DNA of 62,686 nucleotides from Candidatus Falkowbacteria bacterium (GCA_016214755.1 JACRNX010000030.1:1-62686), one strand, 5' to 3'; shown: positions 28,651-39,928, numbered from the stretch's first letter. The notes: generated by a model from the letters alone, not told the origin. A program made the numbers and translations.

Positions 28651-30756
28651 ATGCTTGTCAACAAGATCCTGAATCGAGTTCAGGATGACAAATTTGGTTC
28701 GCCGGAAGAAAATTTAGCCGCGGTGGCGAAACAGGCGGGCTTGGAGAAAGAAGATCCGCGGATTATCGTCGCTCGATTCATCAAATGGTTTCTCGGTATT
28801 ATCGGCGCCATCGCGTTTATCATCGTCCTTTATGGCGGCTACACCTACATGACATCAGCCGGCGATCCGGAGAAAGTAAGGAAAGCAGAGGCAATATTGA
28901 AAAACGGCGTCATCGGGCTGATTATTATTTTCGCCGCTTATTCAATTACGGTTTTTGTGTTTAACATGTTATCGGTGAAAGAACCGTCTGGGACAGGATT
29001 GACGACCGCCGGCAGTGGACAGCTCGCCGGCAGTCCGTATGGATTGTCGAAAGGCGCGTTCGGCACGGTGATTCAAAGCCAGTATCCCCTGCCGGAGCAA
29101 ACCGGCGTGCCGCGCAATACCATGATTTTGGTGACTTTCAAAGCGCCGTTTGCCATTGATTCGCTGATTGACGTCAGTAAAAATGGCGATTGTCCAAAAG
29201 ATGACAAAGGCGCGTTGATAAAAAATTGCGGGGCAATTAAAACGGCCGCGTTCCGCGTTTATCAATGCGCGGATATGTTAAAAGAAAAATATTCTGATGA
29301 TAAAAACGCGACTTGCTTTAATAAAGAAATTTTTGATTTGGCGGATGAGAGCAAATTGGTTTCCGGTTATGGAATCGTAACCGAGGATTCTAAGACGATA
29401 ATTTTTAACCCATACGGCGACTCAAAAGAACAGCATTTGGGCAATGAGTTTGAAGATGTGCCATATATCGTCTATTTGACCGGCAAGATAATGCGGCAGG
29501 ATAATCCGGCGAAGTCCATTTTCACGACACAATATCCTGACCATAAGTGGCGGTTCACTACCAGCACGATTTTGGATTTGACGCCGCCTAAAGTCAGTTC
29601 AGTGGTGCCGGCTAATGTCGTTTACCCGATTAAGTGTCCGGGTGTTGGTTGCGCGGACGTTGATTCCAGCGGCAAGGTCTATTTGAATCAAATGGTTTAC
29701 ATTCATTTTAATGAACCAGTGATTCCGCCGCTCACGCAGACGCAGGATTGCACGATCGCTGATGATGACAATGAGGCGCAACTTGTTAACAACAAAAAAA
29801 TAGGCAGTTGTTTGACGATGCATGTCCCAGGTAAATGGAAAGTGGGAATTAATGGCTATCAAACAATCCAGTTCATTCCCACTACGCCGTGCGAAGGCGT
29901 TGAGAAAAATTCTTGCGGTAATCCGGTCTATTGTCTGCCGGCGAATTCGCAATTAATTGGTAAGGCCTTGGCGGCGAAAATTGTCGGCGGCGTTAGCATG
30001 CCCGGGACCGGTATTATGGATATGGCCGCCAATTCTTTGGATGGCAATGGCAACGGCAAGTCCGATGGGCCCGGCCCAATAGACGCTGACCCGAATAATA
30101 AAGACGCGATGCTCGATAGTTATTTTTGGGATTTTATAACTGGCGACAAATTGGATTTGATTGCGCCATGGGTGACCAGTTTGGAACCGAACAATAATAC
30201 CGCAGGCATTACGGACGTGAATCTTCCGTTATCCGCGATGTTCAGCGAATCAGTGGACGCCTATTCTGTTGACACGGAAATAAAATTAACTGGCTATAAC
30301 TCTGATGGAAAACAATTTGACGGCTGGTTTGACCCGAATCTTGGGAAAGAGGTTATTACGGAAAAAGTCGGCGACAAGGAGGTCTCGTCTGAAAAAGTTT
30401 TAGACAACAAAGCGGTGATTAGCCACGGCCCGTTTGAAGAATATATCGAAGGCCCTTCTCCATTGTACACGCCGGTTATTGGTTCAGAAGTAAAAGACAC
30501 GCGCCAGAATTGTTTCAGCCCGACCAAAGACGGCGCGGCGAAGGCGGAAGAAACAACTATTTTAAATAGCGAATGCGGGGTAAAAGATGCGGCAGGGGAG
30601 GTAAAAATACCTGGCGTCTCTTGTTGTCCGCAAGACGGAACTTATAAATTAATAGGGGACACAGGCGAAGAATGCACAACGCCTTGCCCGACAGGTTACA
30701 ACAAAGTAATAAAAGATAAAAAAGAAGAATGTATAATGCCGAAGGTTGTTAAGTAG
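28651..30756 (+). CDS. VirB2/TrbC-like pilin hairpin fused to Ig-like (Big_5-type) domains
   Basis: DPRIIVARFIKWFLG..YGGY.YMTSAGD.EKV.KA..NGVIG; P.....VPRN..I.V.F and W.F.T..D..PP.V repeats. Confidence 0.85.
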   Translation: MLVNKILNRVQDDKFGSPEENLAAVAKQAGLEKEDPRIIVARFIKWFLGIIGAIAFIIVLYGGYTYMTSAGDPEKVRKAEAILKNGVIGLIIIFAAYSITVFVFNMLSVKEPSGTGLTTAGSGQLAGSPYGLSKGAFGTVIQSQYPLPEQTGVPRNTMILVTFKAPFAIDSLIDVSKNGDCPKDDKGALIKNCGAIKTAAFRVYQCADMLKEKYSDDKNATCFNKEIFDLADESKLVSGYGIVTEDSKTIIFNPYGDSKEQHLGNEFEDVPYIVYLTGKIMRQDNPAKSIFTTQYPDHKWRFTTSTILDLTPPKVSSVVPANVVYPIKCPGVGCADVDSSGKVYLNQMVYIHFNEPVIPPLTQTQDCTIADDDNEAQLVNNKKIGSCLTMHVPGKWKVGINGYQTIQFIPTTPCEGVEKNSCGNPVYCLPANSQLIGKALAAKIVGGVSMPGTGIMDMAANSLDGNGNGKSDGPGPIDADPNNKDAMLDSYFWDFITGDKLDLIAPWVTSLEPNNNTAGITDVNLPLSAMFSESVDAYSVDTEIKLTGYNSDGKQFDGWFDPNLGKEVITEKVGDKEVSSEKVLDNKAVISHGPFEEYIEGPSPLYTPVIGSEVKDTRQNCFSPTKDGAAKAEETTILNSECGVKDAAGEVKIPGVSCCPQDGTYKLIGDTGEECTTPCPTGYNKVIKDKKEECIMPKVVK

Positions 30757-30804
30757 ATTCGAGATTAAAGATTAAAGATAAAAAAATACAGAGCCGCGCC
30801 TTAC

Positions 30805-30992
30805 CGTCATTGCGAGGAGTCCCGCTAAGGCGGGACGACGAAGCAATCTCGAGACTATAGACGCTGGGATTGCAGAGTTTATCCCGAACTTGTTGAGGGA
30901 TCGTCGGACTCCTCGCAATGACGTGAAAAAAAGAACGCCTGTCTGCAGGCAGGCTCACCATGGATGACAAATGTACTGAACTCGGGATGACA
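30805..30992. repeat. CGTCATTGCGAGG...CCTCGCAATGACG paired REP (REPIN-like) plus small hairpins
   Basis: Inverted 13-bp ends 30805/30923 with nested GC hairpins; GCCTGTCTGCAGGCAGGC at 30937. Confidence 0.75.
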
Positions 30993-31018
30993 ATACGAGT
31001 TACTAAAAAAGTTAAAAC

Positions 31019-34000
31019 ATGTTTGCGCGATTGAAAAAAGATTCAAGATTCTTGATAGCCGTGGTTGGCGCGGTGATTATTTTCAGTTTGTTCGCGTTCA
31101 GCGCGCTGGACATTGTCCATGCGCAGGGAACGCCGGAAGAGGGGCTGGCGCTGACTGGCACGGCGGCTGGACTGCAAGCCGGACAAGACCTCCGCGTAAT
31201 CATCGGCAACATCATCAAAATTATTCTGGGATTTTTAGGCGTGCTCGCTTTATGCATTGTTCTTTACGCTGGTTTTTTGTACATGACTTCTGGCGGCGAT
31301 CAAGAGAAAGTGCAGAAAGCGCGGCGGTGGCTGGTGAACGGCGCGATCGGTTTGGTCATTATTTTTTCCGCTTACGCCATTACTTCGTTCATCATCAATA
31401 AACTGAAAACGGCGGTCAGCGGCGAGGAAGCGTCAATTGCCGGCGGCGGAGGAGAGGGTGGACTGGGCATCGGCGGCATCATGGTGTTCACCGCCGGGCC
31501 GATCACGCCCAACACGCCGGCGGCCATCAATTATCCGGTCAAAGTATTTTTTAACAAAGGAGTGGATTCGAAAACAATAAATAAAGATAATGTCCAAATA
31601 ATTAAAAAGGGCGCTAAGGGCAAAGTGGTAAAAACATTAGCGCCGATTGAGGTGATTGAAAAAGGCGGCCAGGGCGCGGACAGTTTAAGCAAGATTCTCG
31701 TTAGCGACGACCAGTTCACGGGCTGGGATGTCTGTTTAACCGATACTTCTTCCGAGAGCACCAAAAAAATATCCGAGGGATACACGCCGATGTCAATGAT
31801 TTTTGATATTAGTGAATTAAAAGGTAAGTTGCCGTCTTCAGCAACGTATAAATTTGAAAACAAAAATTCGCCGGGCGGAAGATTCACGATTAGCTGCGGT
31901 GACAAAAATAATCCGGCGAAAAAAATCATAAAAGAAAAATGGGCCACGTCAGATAAACCTTATACCCAAAAAGTGAAAAATTCTTTAGAACTGCCTAAGG
32001 AATGTTTCAACAATGTCGCTGACAATCTGTTGTATATTCAGTGGAAGAGAGCGGGCGGCGCTTGCATTAAATTTGATTACATGGCGCTGGAAATGGCGTA
32101 TGAAGATTACACTGGCGCCGAGTCCGCGGTCAGCGGCGGTTTTAACGTCAGCGGTTCAACCGTGAGATTCCTGCCAGCTGATGATTGCAAAGATCCTGCT
32201 TGCAAAGGACAAAAATGTTTTGAAAAAAATACTGATTACAAAGTAGTTTTAAAGCCAAATGTCATTAAATCAAACACTGGCATTGGTTTGTCTTGCGCCG
32301 TTGGTAGTGTCTGCCTGCATGAATTTTCGACTAACGATGTCTGCGACGTCACCGCGCCGGCTGTTTCTTTCATCGAGCCGTGGAATGGCGCGAAAGTCAG
32401 CCAGGACGCGGATGTTGATGTAACAGTGAAGGCGATTGATGACGGCGGAGTGGATTACATTGATTTTTTGGTGGACAGCGTGTTTCAGGATAAAGCGACG
32501 CCGGCCAGCGGTAAAAACGAGCAAGAATTTTACGGCTATTTTTCGTGGAATACCGAGGATATTGTTTTAGATCCAGTGACGAAAAAAGCGGTTAAAAAAT
32601 TAAAAGCAGAAGCCGAGGACTTGGACAACCATTTGGCGAGCAAGGAAATTGAGGTAACGGTTTTGCCGGCATATTGTTTTGACAAAGAGGGCGCGATTAT
32701 ATGTGATAAAGACGGCACGCATCCTGAATGCGGCAAGTGTGATGGATCTGATTGCGTGAAAGATGATGATTGCGCTGGCGTCTGCAATAAAAAGTGTGTT
32801 GACGCAGAAGCGAAGCAATGCAAAGTTAATGCTGATTGCGCGTCCGGCGTGGCGTGTAAAGGCACTTGCGAGACATTGCCGGTTATCACCAATGTCAGTC
32901 CAGATATAGCCGGCGCGGGAAATTATGTAACGATTTTTGGTAAAGGATTTTTGTCATATAAAGAAGGAGTAAGCCAAGCGTTTTTCACTGGCGCGGCCGG
33001 AGGATATTTGGAAGCAAAGATTGTTAATTGCGTGGCAGGCAAGCCGGCCTGGTCATATAATCAAATAATCGTAAAAGTGCCTGAACTGGCTGGCACTGGC
33101 CCAATTAAAATAATAAATTCAAGCGGAAAGGAAGATGATACACAGGACGAGGATGGCTGGCAGGGCGAGTTTGAGTTCGACGCGAAAATAAAATATCCGG
33201 GTTTGTGCGCGGTCCAATTACAGAGTTGTACGCCGTCAAATATTGTTTCATGCGACGAAGGCGCGGTCGGCGATTCAGTCAAAGCAATAGGAATAAATTT
33301 CGGGCATGAGATGGCTGATTATGACATGATTTATTTCGGCAGCGCGCCGTTCGGGCAAGGCGCGGGCTTTGATTGGAAGGATAAGGAAATAAAAGGAATC
33401 CAAATACCAATAGTTAATCCTGCTAGTTATGGTGTGACTGTGGCCAAAGAGGATTCGAAGGATATTAATAAAAAAATTTACAGCAATCCGGTTTATTTTC
33501 ATGTTATTCCAGCCGCCAATCTGCCGAAGATTGATAAAGTCAGTCCAATGCCCGCGCCGTTTGGCCAGATGGTAACGATTAGCGGGCAATATTTTGGAGC
33601 AAACGTCGGTCATGTTGAATTTAGGCGATACATTAACGGCCAGCCGTATGATTGGGTCGCGGGTTTGGCCTGCGCCAGTGGAAGCTGGTCAGACAGTGAA
33701 ATCATTATTAAAGTGCCGAAAGAAATCGCCAATACTATTGCCAAAATCGAAGGCGCGGACGCTTTTAGCAAGGATTATCAAATTATTGTTTATAACTCGA
33801 AAGGGTTGGCCAGCAAGCCGGTTGATTTTGAAATTAACAACAAGGCGCCGGGGCCGGGCTTGTGTTCGATCAGTCCAAACAATGGGCCAGTCGGGACGAA
33901 ATTTAATTTATCCGGTGAAAATTTTGGCGAGTCAAAAGATTATTACATAAAATTTCCTGCGCCTGACAAAAAAAATGTTAATGTCACTGCTTTCAAAACA

Positions 34001-37000
34001 TGGGGAGAAAAACTGATTGAAAACGCGGCCGTGCCGGCTGGCGCGATTTCCGGCGCTGTGTTTTTGAGTTCAAACGCCGCGGACGTGGATATTGACAGCA
34101 ATAGTTTGAACTTTAGCGTCGGCAGTTGCAAAAAGGACTCTTGCGACGAAGGATTGACTTGCTGTCCAACTGGTATTTGTCAGACAAAATGCGAAGCAGA
34201 AGTGGAATATTCGCCATCAGAATATATGTGGTTAGTCAGCACTGGTCCCTTACCGATTTTGCCGCAGGTGTTGGAGCGAAGTTGCATCAAAGGCGTGTAT
34301 TCGCAATCGCCATCGCCATTCAAATCAACGGAAGACGCGTGTCCCAATGGTTTGATCTCCGCCACTTTCAATACGGCGATGAAAAAAGATAGTTTGAATA
34401 ATAATATCGAAGTGCGGCGCTGTTTTCTCAAAGATGGTGGCAAATGCGATTTCAGTATTTGTAAGAAAGGAGAAAAATTGGGAGACATAATTTGCGCCGG
34501 CGGCGAGGTTAAATGTCTGAAAAACGGCACGTGCGTTGCCAAAAGCGTCAGTCAAATAACGGCCAATGATTTTAGCGAGTCAAATTTGTCTATTAGTTGC
34601 AAAACGCCGGCCGGCGCGGATTGTTCTGTCGGCGCGAAGGACTGCCAATGTGTCAAAGGTTCGCTAGTTTCGCAGTTCAATTTATTTGACGCGCTGTCAG
34701 AATTAGCGGCCGGAGAAGTTCCGTTGATAAAGTCGGAAGACGACAAAGGAAAAATTATTCCTTATCAACTATTCGAAAATACTTGGTATCAGGTAATTAT
34801 CAAAGGCGGAACCATGAATGACGAGAATCAGTTCGAGGGCGGAGTCGTCTCGTCGGACGGAAAATCAATGGCTAGCGATTATGCCTGGACGTTCAAAACG
34901 AAAAATGAAAAATGCGTTCCTGATAATTTACTGTTGAAGCCGCTTATCGGTTTAATCAGCGATTTATACGGCATGCAAAAGTATATTGTTTCAGGACAAT
35001 ATCAATGTCAGGAAATCGCGCTTAACAATGAAAAATGGGAGTGGGGAGCGCAGGAGAGTTATAAAGAGAAAATTAAATTCAGCGGATATGGATGCGTTAA
35101 TGGAATTGAAGGGCAAATTTGTCCAGCCAACACGAACGATAAACGGCCGGACATTGGGTTTTACGGGTTGTTTACTGAAAAAGCGTCCACATTAAATTTA
35201 GAAACGCCGCTTGGTGAACCAGCGATTATTTTTGCGGACGCGGTGCCGACAGTTGATTCATTCATGAAAACCGCTTTTGACAAAATGCATAAAGAAGGCG
35301 GACTGGAAGTTAAATTCGCGGCGCCAAAAGTGATTTCTTATTATCCAAATTGCCAATCAGCTTGCATTAACAGCGAGCTCGGCGCGCATTTCAGCGCTCA
35401 AATGGACGCGGCTAGTTTGACGCCAAATAGCGTTAAACTTTATTCCTGCGCCAGCGCTGATTGCATTAATTTGACGTCAGTAGCGTTAACGTCGGGAGAA
35501 ATTGATTATCAATGGACAGCGCCTGACGTGACAAATAAAAGTCAGATAAGCAATTTAAAAGTCAATCCGACAAATGATTTGTCATCCAATACTTTTTATC
35601 GAATGGTAATCACAAATGGCGTTCAAAGTTCAAGCTTGAAACCGCTGGCGGGCTTGAATTATACAATTGCGAACGCGCCCAAAAGCGATTGCGCTGATTG
35701 GAAAGATAATGACGCTGATAATGGCATTGATGTCAGCGGCGGTTATATATACAAAGGCAACGATAAAAAAATATTAGATTTCGTTTGCGGTTGCTATAAT
35801 ACATCTGCGACAGGTGAACCAGCGCAGAAATTCGTCTCGTATAATAAAGTTGACGCTAAAGTGGCTTGTCCGACGGGAGTAAGTTTTTCTTGTTTTAACA
35901 TCAAGGAATCAATCATTACCGACCCGGTGGATTTGAAAAAAATTGTCGAGGATTATAATTATTTCAGCCCAGACAGCCAGTGCGCGAGCGAAGCGGATTT
36001 TGAAATCGGCAAGTCGGGGCAGTACGACGCGTTCAGTTGGGTGTTCAAAACCAAAGCGTCTTCGGAAAAATGCGAGATTGACAAAGTCGATGTCGTGCCA
36101 GTTAGTTACACGACCGAAAAGCAAGGCGAAAAGATTGAATATTGGTCGAATCCATATTCAGCGCCTGATGAATGTTCGGATAAAGGACAGCTTTTAGACC
36201 CGTTTGATTATGCGTGGAAGTGGGATAGCACAGCCAAAGTCATTGTTAACAATATTGCGATCCCTGCAATAGCTGAAATTACTAACACGAAAATAATGGA
36301 CGTACCTGAATATTGCACAGAGAATTGTTTGGCAAAAGGCGGCACGCCCGCTGGTTCTGTTTGTGGCGACGGCGCAGTCGGCTCTGGCGAAGAGTGCGAT
36401 GATAAAAATATCGTGAACGGAGATGGCTGTTCGGATAAATGTCTATTAGAACCGTTTAAAAATTGCACTGCCGATCAATTAAAAAATAAAGCAACGGGTT
36501 GTTGCGGCAACGGCACGCCAAATGAAGCGATTACAAATATTTACGGAAAAACATATAACGAAGAATGCGACGCGGGTTGCGAATACAAAGACGGGAGCGG
36601 TAAGGCCTGCGCGCCGTCCGCGGACAAACCAGAATGTGTCTGCGTATCCAAAGAATCATATTGTTCAAATGGCTGCTTAAATATTGGCACGGCGGCTGGT
36701 TTTGTCTGCGGTAACAGTAAAGTCGAAGCCGGCGAAGATAAAGATGATGGAAATAATAAAGATGGCGACGGCGTGAGTTCGATTTGTTTGAATGAAGGCG
36801 CGAAGTATAAAACAGGAGAGAAAGCGGCGTTATGCGGTGACGGTAAAATTGATTACGGCGAAGAATGCGAGGCGATTGCGAAGACAGCAGGCGGTTCAAT
36901 ATCATTAGATAATAATCCATATTGCAATGAAAAATGCTTATGGCAGGGATTTCCTGCTTGCGGAAAATGCGAAAAGAAGGTCGTTGATCCAGCGACAGGT

Positions 37001-39928
37001 AAGGAAACAGTTACAGCATGTTTACCGACAGATCCAGCTTGCGGCTGTTATAAATGTTGCGGCAACGCGCAGTTGGAGGATTATGATAATACGGATAAAG
37101 ATGACAATATAAATACGGATTTTGATGAAGAATGCGAAGCGACAGCGTTGTCTTGCGTGAAAAAGACAAAGACAGCGGACGGGAAAGAGAAGATCGAGTC
37201 GTGTGATTATTTGAAGGAGACGAATTGCGTCTGCGAGTTAAAATTTCCTGAATGGTGCAGTCCAAAATGCTTGAATCTGGGCTCGTCGTATAAATATGAT
37301 TCGTATTGCGGTGATGGATATGTTGGCAATGAAAAGCTTGTTAGTGAAAAGCCCGGCACTAAATACCTTTCCCTTGGCGAGGACGAACAATGCGAAGATG
37401 CCGGCTCAATGAGCGGCGCGCCATATCAAGTGGCGATAATAAAAGAAATAATGGATTTTTTCGCGGTGGATTCTGCGAACAAACCGATATTTTCATTCAA
37501 CGCCGCAACAAAATTTGTCGAAGGCGCGACGAAAATTATTGCGACAGCGACAGTGGATAAAGACGGAAAAAGTGTCGGGAAAACAGGAGAAGCTGATTTA
37601 AAATTCCGCACGAACGACCCGGACGTGCTCGCGAAATTTTGCTCGACTGAATTATGGCTTTCCGCAGGCAGTTCGCCGACAGAGAATCAGCAGAATGTCT
37701 GCCGCAACGCGCTGTTGTCATTTAATTTTGACAAACAATTAGACACGGCAAGCGCCAGCGTCGTGCTGTACAAAGTCGTTGGTAGTAATTCTGAACCGGT
37801 TGAATCGTCTTTCGCGGCCACGAACGTCGGCGGCAAGACGCATATCATTGTTACGCCCAAGTCGCTTTTGGATGCAACGAAAGATTATAAAGTTAAAATG
37901 TTCAATATAAAAAATGTCTGCGGATTTTATTTCTCGCCGTGGACGTTAAATTTCAAGACAGGAAGCGCTGTCTGCAAGCTCGATAAAATTAAAATCGAAC
38001 CAGCGGAAGAATTTGCGTTCGCGCCGAATCAAATTCATCTATTCCAAGCGTTGGCGATGAGCGGCGAGGAGGCGATAAACGAGGCAGTAGGTCTTTATGA
38101 GTGGACTTGGACATGGACGGCGGACGACACGACGATTGTCAGCGCTCCAGTTGCTTGCGCTTTTCCTCAAAATAGTAATGTGTGTGCATCGGGAACAGGG
38201 GTTGATAGTCCGACTGTCAATGTGACAAACCAAGCAAAGAACGGAACGGCGACGATTTTCGCTGAAACAAAAATCACGAAAGATGTTAATGTTGATGCGA
38301 CGGATGAAAATGCGAAAAGCACGGTAGGAGAAACAACTTCCGGCAGCGCCAAACTACAAGTTCTGATTTGTGAGAATTTATGGCAGCCGACAACATTGCC
38401 GGCGAATTGGGATACTTGGAAAATTACCAGTACAAATTTATCTGAGCCGGTTTCAACGCATGTTTACGAGAAAAATTACAACATCGGCTTGTTGTACTGC
38501 CGCGATTTCGGCCAGCCAAATAATAAAACCGACGACTTGCCGAAGGTGAAAATTATAACTATGGGCGGCTGTCAAAACGGAATTGATGACGATATGGACG
38601 GAAAAATAGACGCACTCGAGACGAAAATATTTACGGACAAGGTTAATATATCAATTCAGTCAAAAGATGTAGGGATGTCTTTCAGTAGTGAACCAGTAAA
38701 TTTTGTAAAGCAGGGAAAAACAACAGCAATAACTTTAAAGTTCACGTTGACTAAGCCAGTTCAGAATTTATTTACATTGAATATAGAATTTTTTAATAAT
38801 GACACCTCGATAGGTAGCAAGAATTTAATTGGAATTAACAATAATATTCCGAAATATTTTCCTTTTGACCAATTTCTTAATTATGGAAATGTGGCATTTA
38901 AAGTTATAGTGAAGGAAGAGAATAGCATTATTACTACTACAATGGGATTTTTAGAAAATAATGATTCTGATCCTAAGTGCAAGACCAAGGACGACAGTGA
39001 AATCGCAGTAGGAAATTTATTGACAGAATATTTTTTGACGCGCGACGAGACAGAAACAGATAATTCAACTGATGTTATCGCTCTCCGCATCTACAAAAAT
39101 CCAGAATTTTTGGCGCCGTCGGTTTGGTACCAAAAATACGCGCCGAATCCAGCGGACACGACCAGCAGTTTGTCTCTCGACTGCCAAAAAGACGAGTTTG
39201 GAGAATTTTGCTATTCAGCGGCCGTGGACGGGCCGTCGGTTTATGTCGGCGCGAGCAATCTGGCGGGAGGTACTACTCCGGGAATTGATATTTATAACAA
39301 CATCCATATTTTAAGCCATTCGCAAAGCGCGAACGAGGCGACATTAAATATCTTTAATCAAATAGTGGCGTATTTGCAGTTCAATTTTAATCTTGGCGGT
39401 TTGTCGAAGGTCTCTTTAATTCGCGACACGCAGAGGATTCAAGATATGGTGTGGACGCGGCTTGTTATTGACCAATACAAACAAAAGCATAATGGCGAGG
39501 CGCCGCAACTTGAATCAGGCACTTATGAACGGGGATTGTCGTTTAGTGTTTGGCCATCTTGGCAGAACGAATTAGGCGGCGCGTTGAAGCAGACATTGCC
39601 GGTTGATCCGTTGAATCATTTCAAATGGGAAAAGCCGAGCTTTGTTGGCGCTGGAATCGCCTGCCTTGGTTCTGTTAAATGTCCGGACGCGGCTTTCCAG
39701 TGCGTTATTCCCAATAAATATTGCGTTAAATGTCCAACCGGATTTGACGCGCTGACCTGCTATGACAGCAACACGCAAAAGTTTTTCAATTATTATTCAA
39801 ATCCAGACGAGCATCCGGTTTACTCTTATCAAGCTGACCCAGAAAATGCAAAAAACAAATCAGCGTATAAATTGGACTTTATGCTGGAGATAACGAGTAA
39901 GATATATAAAATAACGACGGGGTTTTAG
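31019..39928 (+). CDS. Giant surface protein (2969 aa): pilin hairpin, Ig-like and IPT/TIG domains, Myxococcus-type Cys-rich repeats
   Basis: Signal peptide (VHA), pilin TM hairpin, P.I..VSP..G..VTI.G..FG repeats, CGDG....GEECDD..GDGC repeats. Confidence 0.88.
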   Translation: MFARLKKDSRFLIAVVGAVIIFSLFAFSALDIVHAQGTPEEGLALTGTAAGLQAGQDLRVIIGNIIKIILGFLGVLALCIVLYAGFLYMTSGGDQEKVQKARRWLVNGAIGLVIIFSAYAITSFIINKLKTAVSGEEASIAGGGGEGGLGIGGIMVFTAGPITPNTPAAINYPVKVFFNKGVDSKTINKDNVQIIKKGAKGKVVKTLAPIEVIEKGGQGADSLSKILVSDDQFTGWDVCLTDTSSESTKKISEGYTPMSMIFDISELKGKLPSSATYKFENKNSPGGRFTISCGDKNNPAKKIIKEKWATSDKPYTQKVKNSLELPKECFNNVADNLLYIQWKRAGGACIKFDYMALEMAYEDYTGAESAVSGGFNVSGSTVRFLPADDCKDPACKGQKCFEKNTDYKVVLKPNVIKSNTGIGLSCAVGSVCLHEFSTNDVCDVTAPAVSFIEPWNGAKVSQDADVDVTVKAIDDGGVDYIDFLVDSVFQDKATPASGKNEQEFYGYFSWNTEDIVLDPVTKKAVKKLKAEAEDLDNHLASKEIEVTVLPAYCFDKEGAIICDKDGTHPECGKCDGSDCVKDDDCAGVCNKKCVDAEAKQCKVNADCASGVACKGTCETLPVITNVSPDIAGAGNYVTIFGKGFLSYKEGVSQAFFTGAAGGYLEAKIVNCVAGKPAWSYNQIIVKVPELAGTGPIKIINSSGKEDDTQDEDGWQGEFEFDAKIKYPGLCAVQLQSCTPSNIVSCDEGAVGDSVKAIGINFGHEMADYDMIYFGSAPFGQGAGFDWKDKEIKGIQIPIVNPASYGVTVAKEDSKDINKKIYSNPVYFHVIPAANLPKIDKVSPMPAPFGQMVTISGQYFGANVGHVEFRRYINGQPYDWVAGLACASGSWSDSEIIIKVPKEIANTIAKIEGADAFSKDYQIIVYNSKGLASKPVDFEINNKAPGPGLCSISPNNGPVGTKFNLSGENFGESKDYYIKFPAPDKKNVNVTAFKTWGEKLIENAAVPAGAISGAVFLSSNAADVDIDSNSLNFSVGSCKKDSCDEGLTCCPTGICQTKCEAEVEYSPSEYMWLVSTGPLPILPQVLERSCIKGVYSQSPSPFKSTEDACPNGLISATFNTAMKKDSLNNNIEVRRCFLKDGGKCDFSICKKGEKLGDIICAGGEVKCLKNGTCVAKSVSQITANDFSESNLSISCKTPAGADCSVGAKDCQCVKGSLVSQFNLFDALSELAAGEVPLIKSEDDKGKIIPYQLFENTWYQVIIKGGTMNDENQFEGGVVSSDGKSMASDYAWTFKTKNEKCVPDNLLLKPLIGLISDLYGMQKYIVSGQYQCQEIALNNEKWEWGAQESYKEKIKFSGYGCVNGIEGQICPANTNDKRPDIGFYGLFTEKASTLNLETPLGEPAIIFADAVPTVDSFMKTAFDKMHKEGGLEVKFAAPKVISYYPNCQSACINSELGAHFSAQMDAASLTPNSVKLYSCASADCINLTSVALTSGEIDYQWTAPDVTNKSQISNLKVNPTNDLSSNTFYRMVITNGVQSSSLKPLAGLNYTIANAPKSDCADWKDNDADNGIDVSGGYIYKGNDKKILDFVCGCYNTSATGEPAQKFVSYNKVDAKVACPTGVSFSCFNIKESIITDPVDLKKIVEDYNYFSPDSQCASEADFEIGKSGQYDAFSWVFKTKASSEKCEIDKVDVVPVSYTTEKQGEKIEYWSNPYSAPDECSDKGQLLDPFDYAWKWDSTAKVIVNNIAIPAIAEITNTKIMDVPEYCTENCLAKGGTPAGSVCGDGAVGSGEECDDKNIVNGDGCSDKCLLEPFKNCTADQLKNKATGCCGNGTPNEAITNIYGKTYNEECDAGCEYKDGSGKACAPSADKPECVCVSKESYCSNGCLNIGTAAGFVCGNSKVEAGEDKDDGNNKDGDGVSSICLNEGAKYKTGEKAALCGDGKIDYGEECEAIAKTAGGSISLDNNPYCNEKCLWQGFPACGKCEKKVVDPATGKETVTACLPTDPACGCYKCCGNAQLEDYDNTDKDDNINTDFDEECEATALSCVKKTKTADGKEKIESCDYLKETNCVCELKFPEWCSPKCLNLGSSYKYDSYCGDGYVGNEKLVSEKPGTKYLSLGEDEQCEDAGSMSGAPYQVAIIKEIMDFFAVDSANKPIFSFNAATKFVEGATKIIATATVDKDGKSVGKTGEADLKFRTNDPDVLAKFCSTELWLSAGSSPTENQQNVCRNALLSFNFDKQLDTASASVVLYKVVGSNSEPVESSFAATNVGGKTHIIVTPKSLLDATKDYKVKMFNIKNVCGFYFSPWTLNFKTGSAVCKLDKIKIEPAEEFAFAPNQIHLFQALAMSGEEAINEAVGLYEWTWTWTADDTTIVSAPVACAFPQNSNVCASGTGVDSPTVNVTNQAKNGTATIFAETKITKDVNVDATDENAKSTVGETTSGSAKLQVLICENLWQPTTLPANWDTWKITSTNLSEPVSTHVYEKNYNIGLLYCRDFGQPNNKTDDLPKVKIITMGGCQNGIDDDMDGKIDALETKIFTDKVNISIQSKDVGMSFSSEPVNFVKQGKTTAITLKFTLTKPVQNLFTLNIEFFNNDTSIGSKNLIGINNNIPKYFPFDQFLNYGNVAFKVIVKEENSIITTTMGFLENNDSDPKCKTKDDSEIAVGNLLTEYFLTRDETETDNSTDVIALRIYKNPEFLAPSVWYQKYAPNPADTTSSLSLDCQKDEFGEFCYSAAVDGPSVYVGASNLAGGTTPGIDIYNNIHILSHSQSANEATLNIFNQIVAYLQFNFNLGGLSKVSLIRDTQRIQDMVWTRLVIDQYKQKHNGEAPQLESGTYERGLSFSVWPSWQNELGGALKQTLPVDPLNHFKWEKPSFVGAGIACLGSVKCPDAAFQCVIPNKYCVKCPTGFDALTCYDSNTQKFFNYYSNPDEHPVYSYQADPENAKNKSAYKLDFMLEITSKIYKITTGF

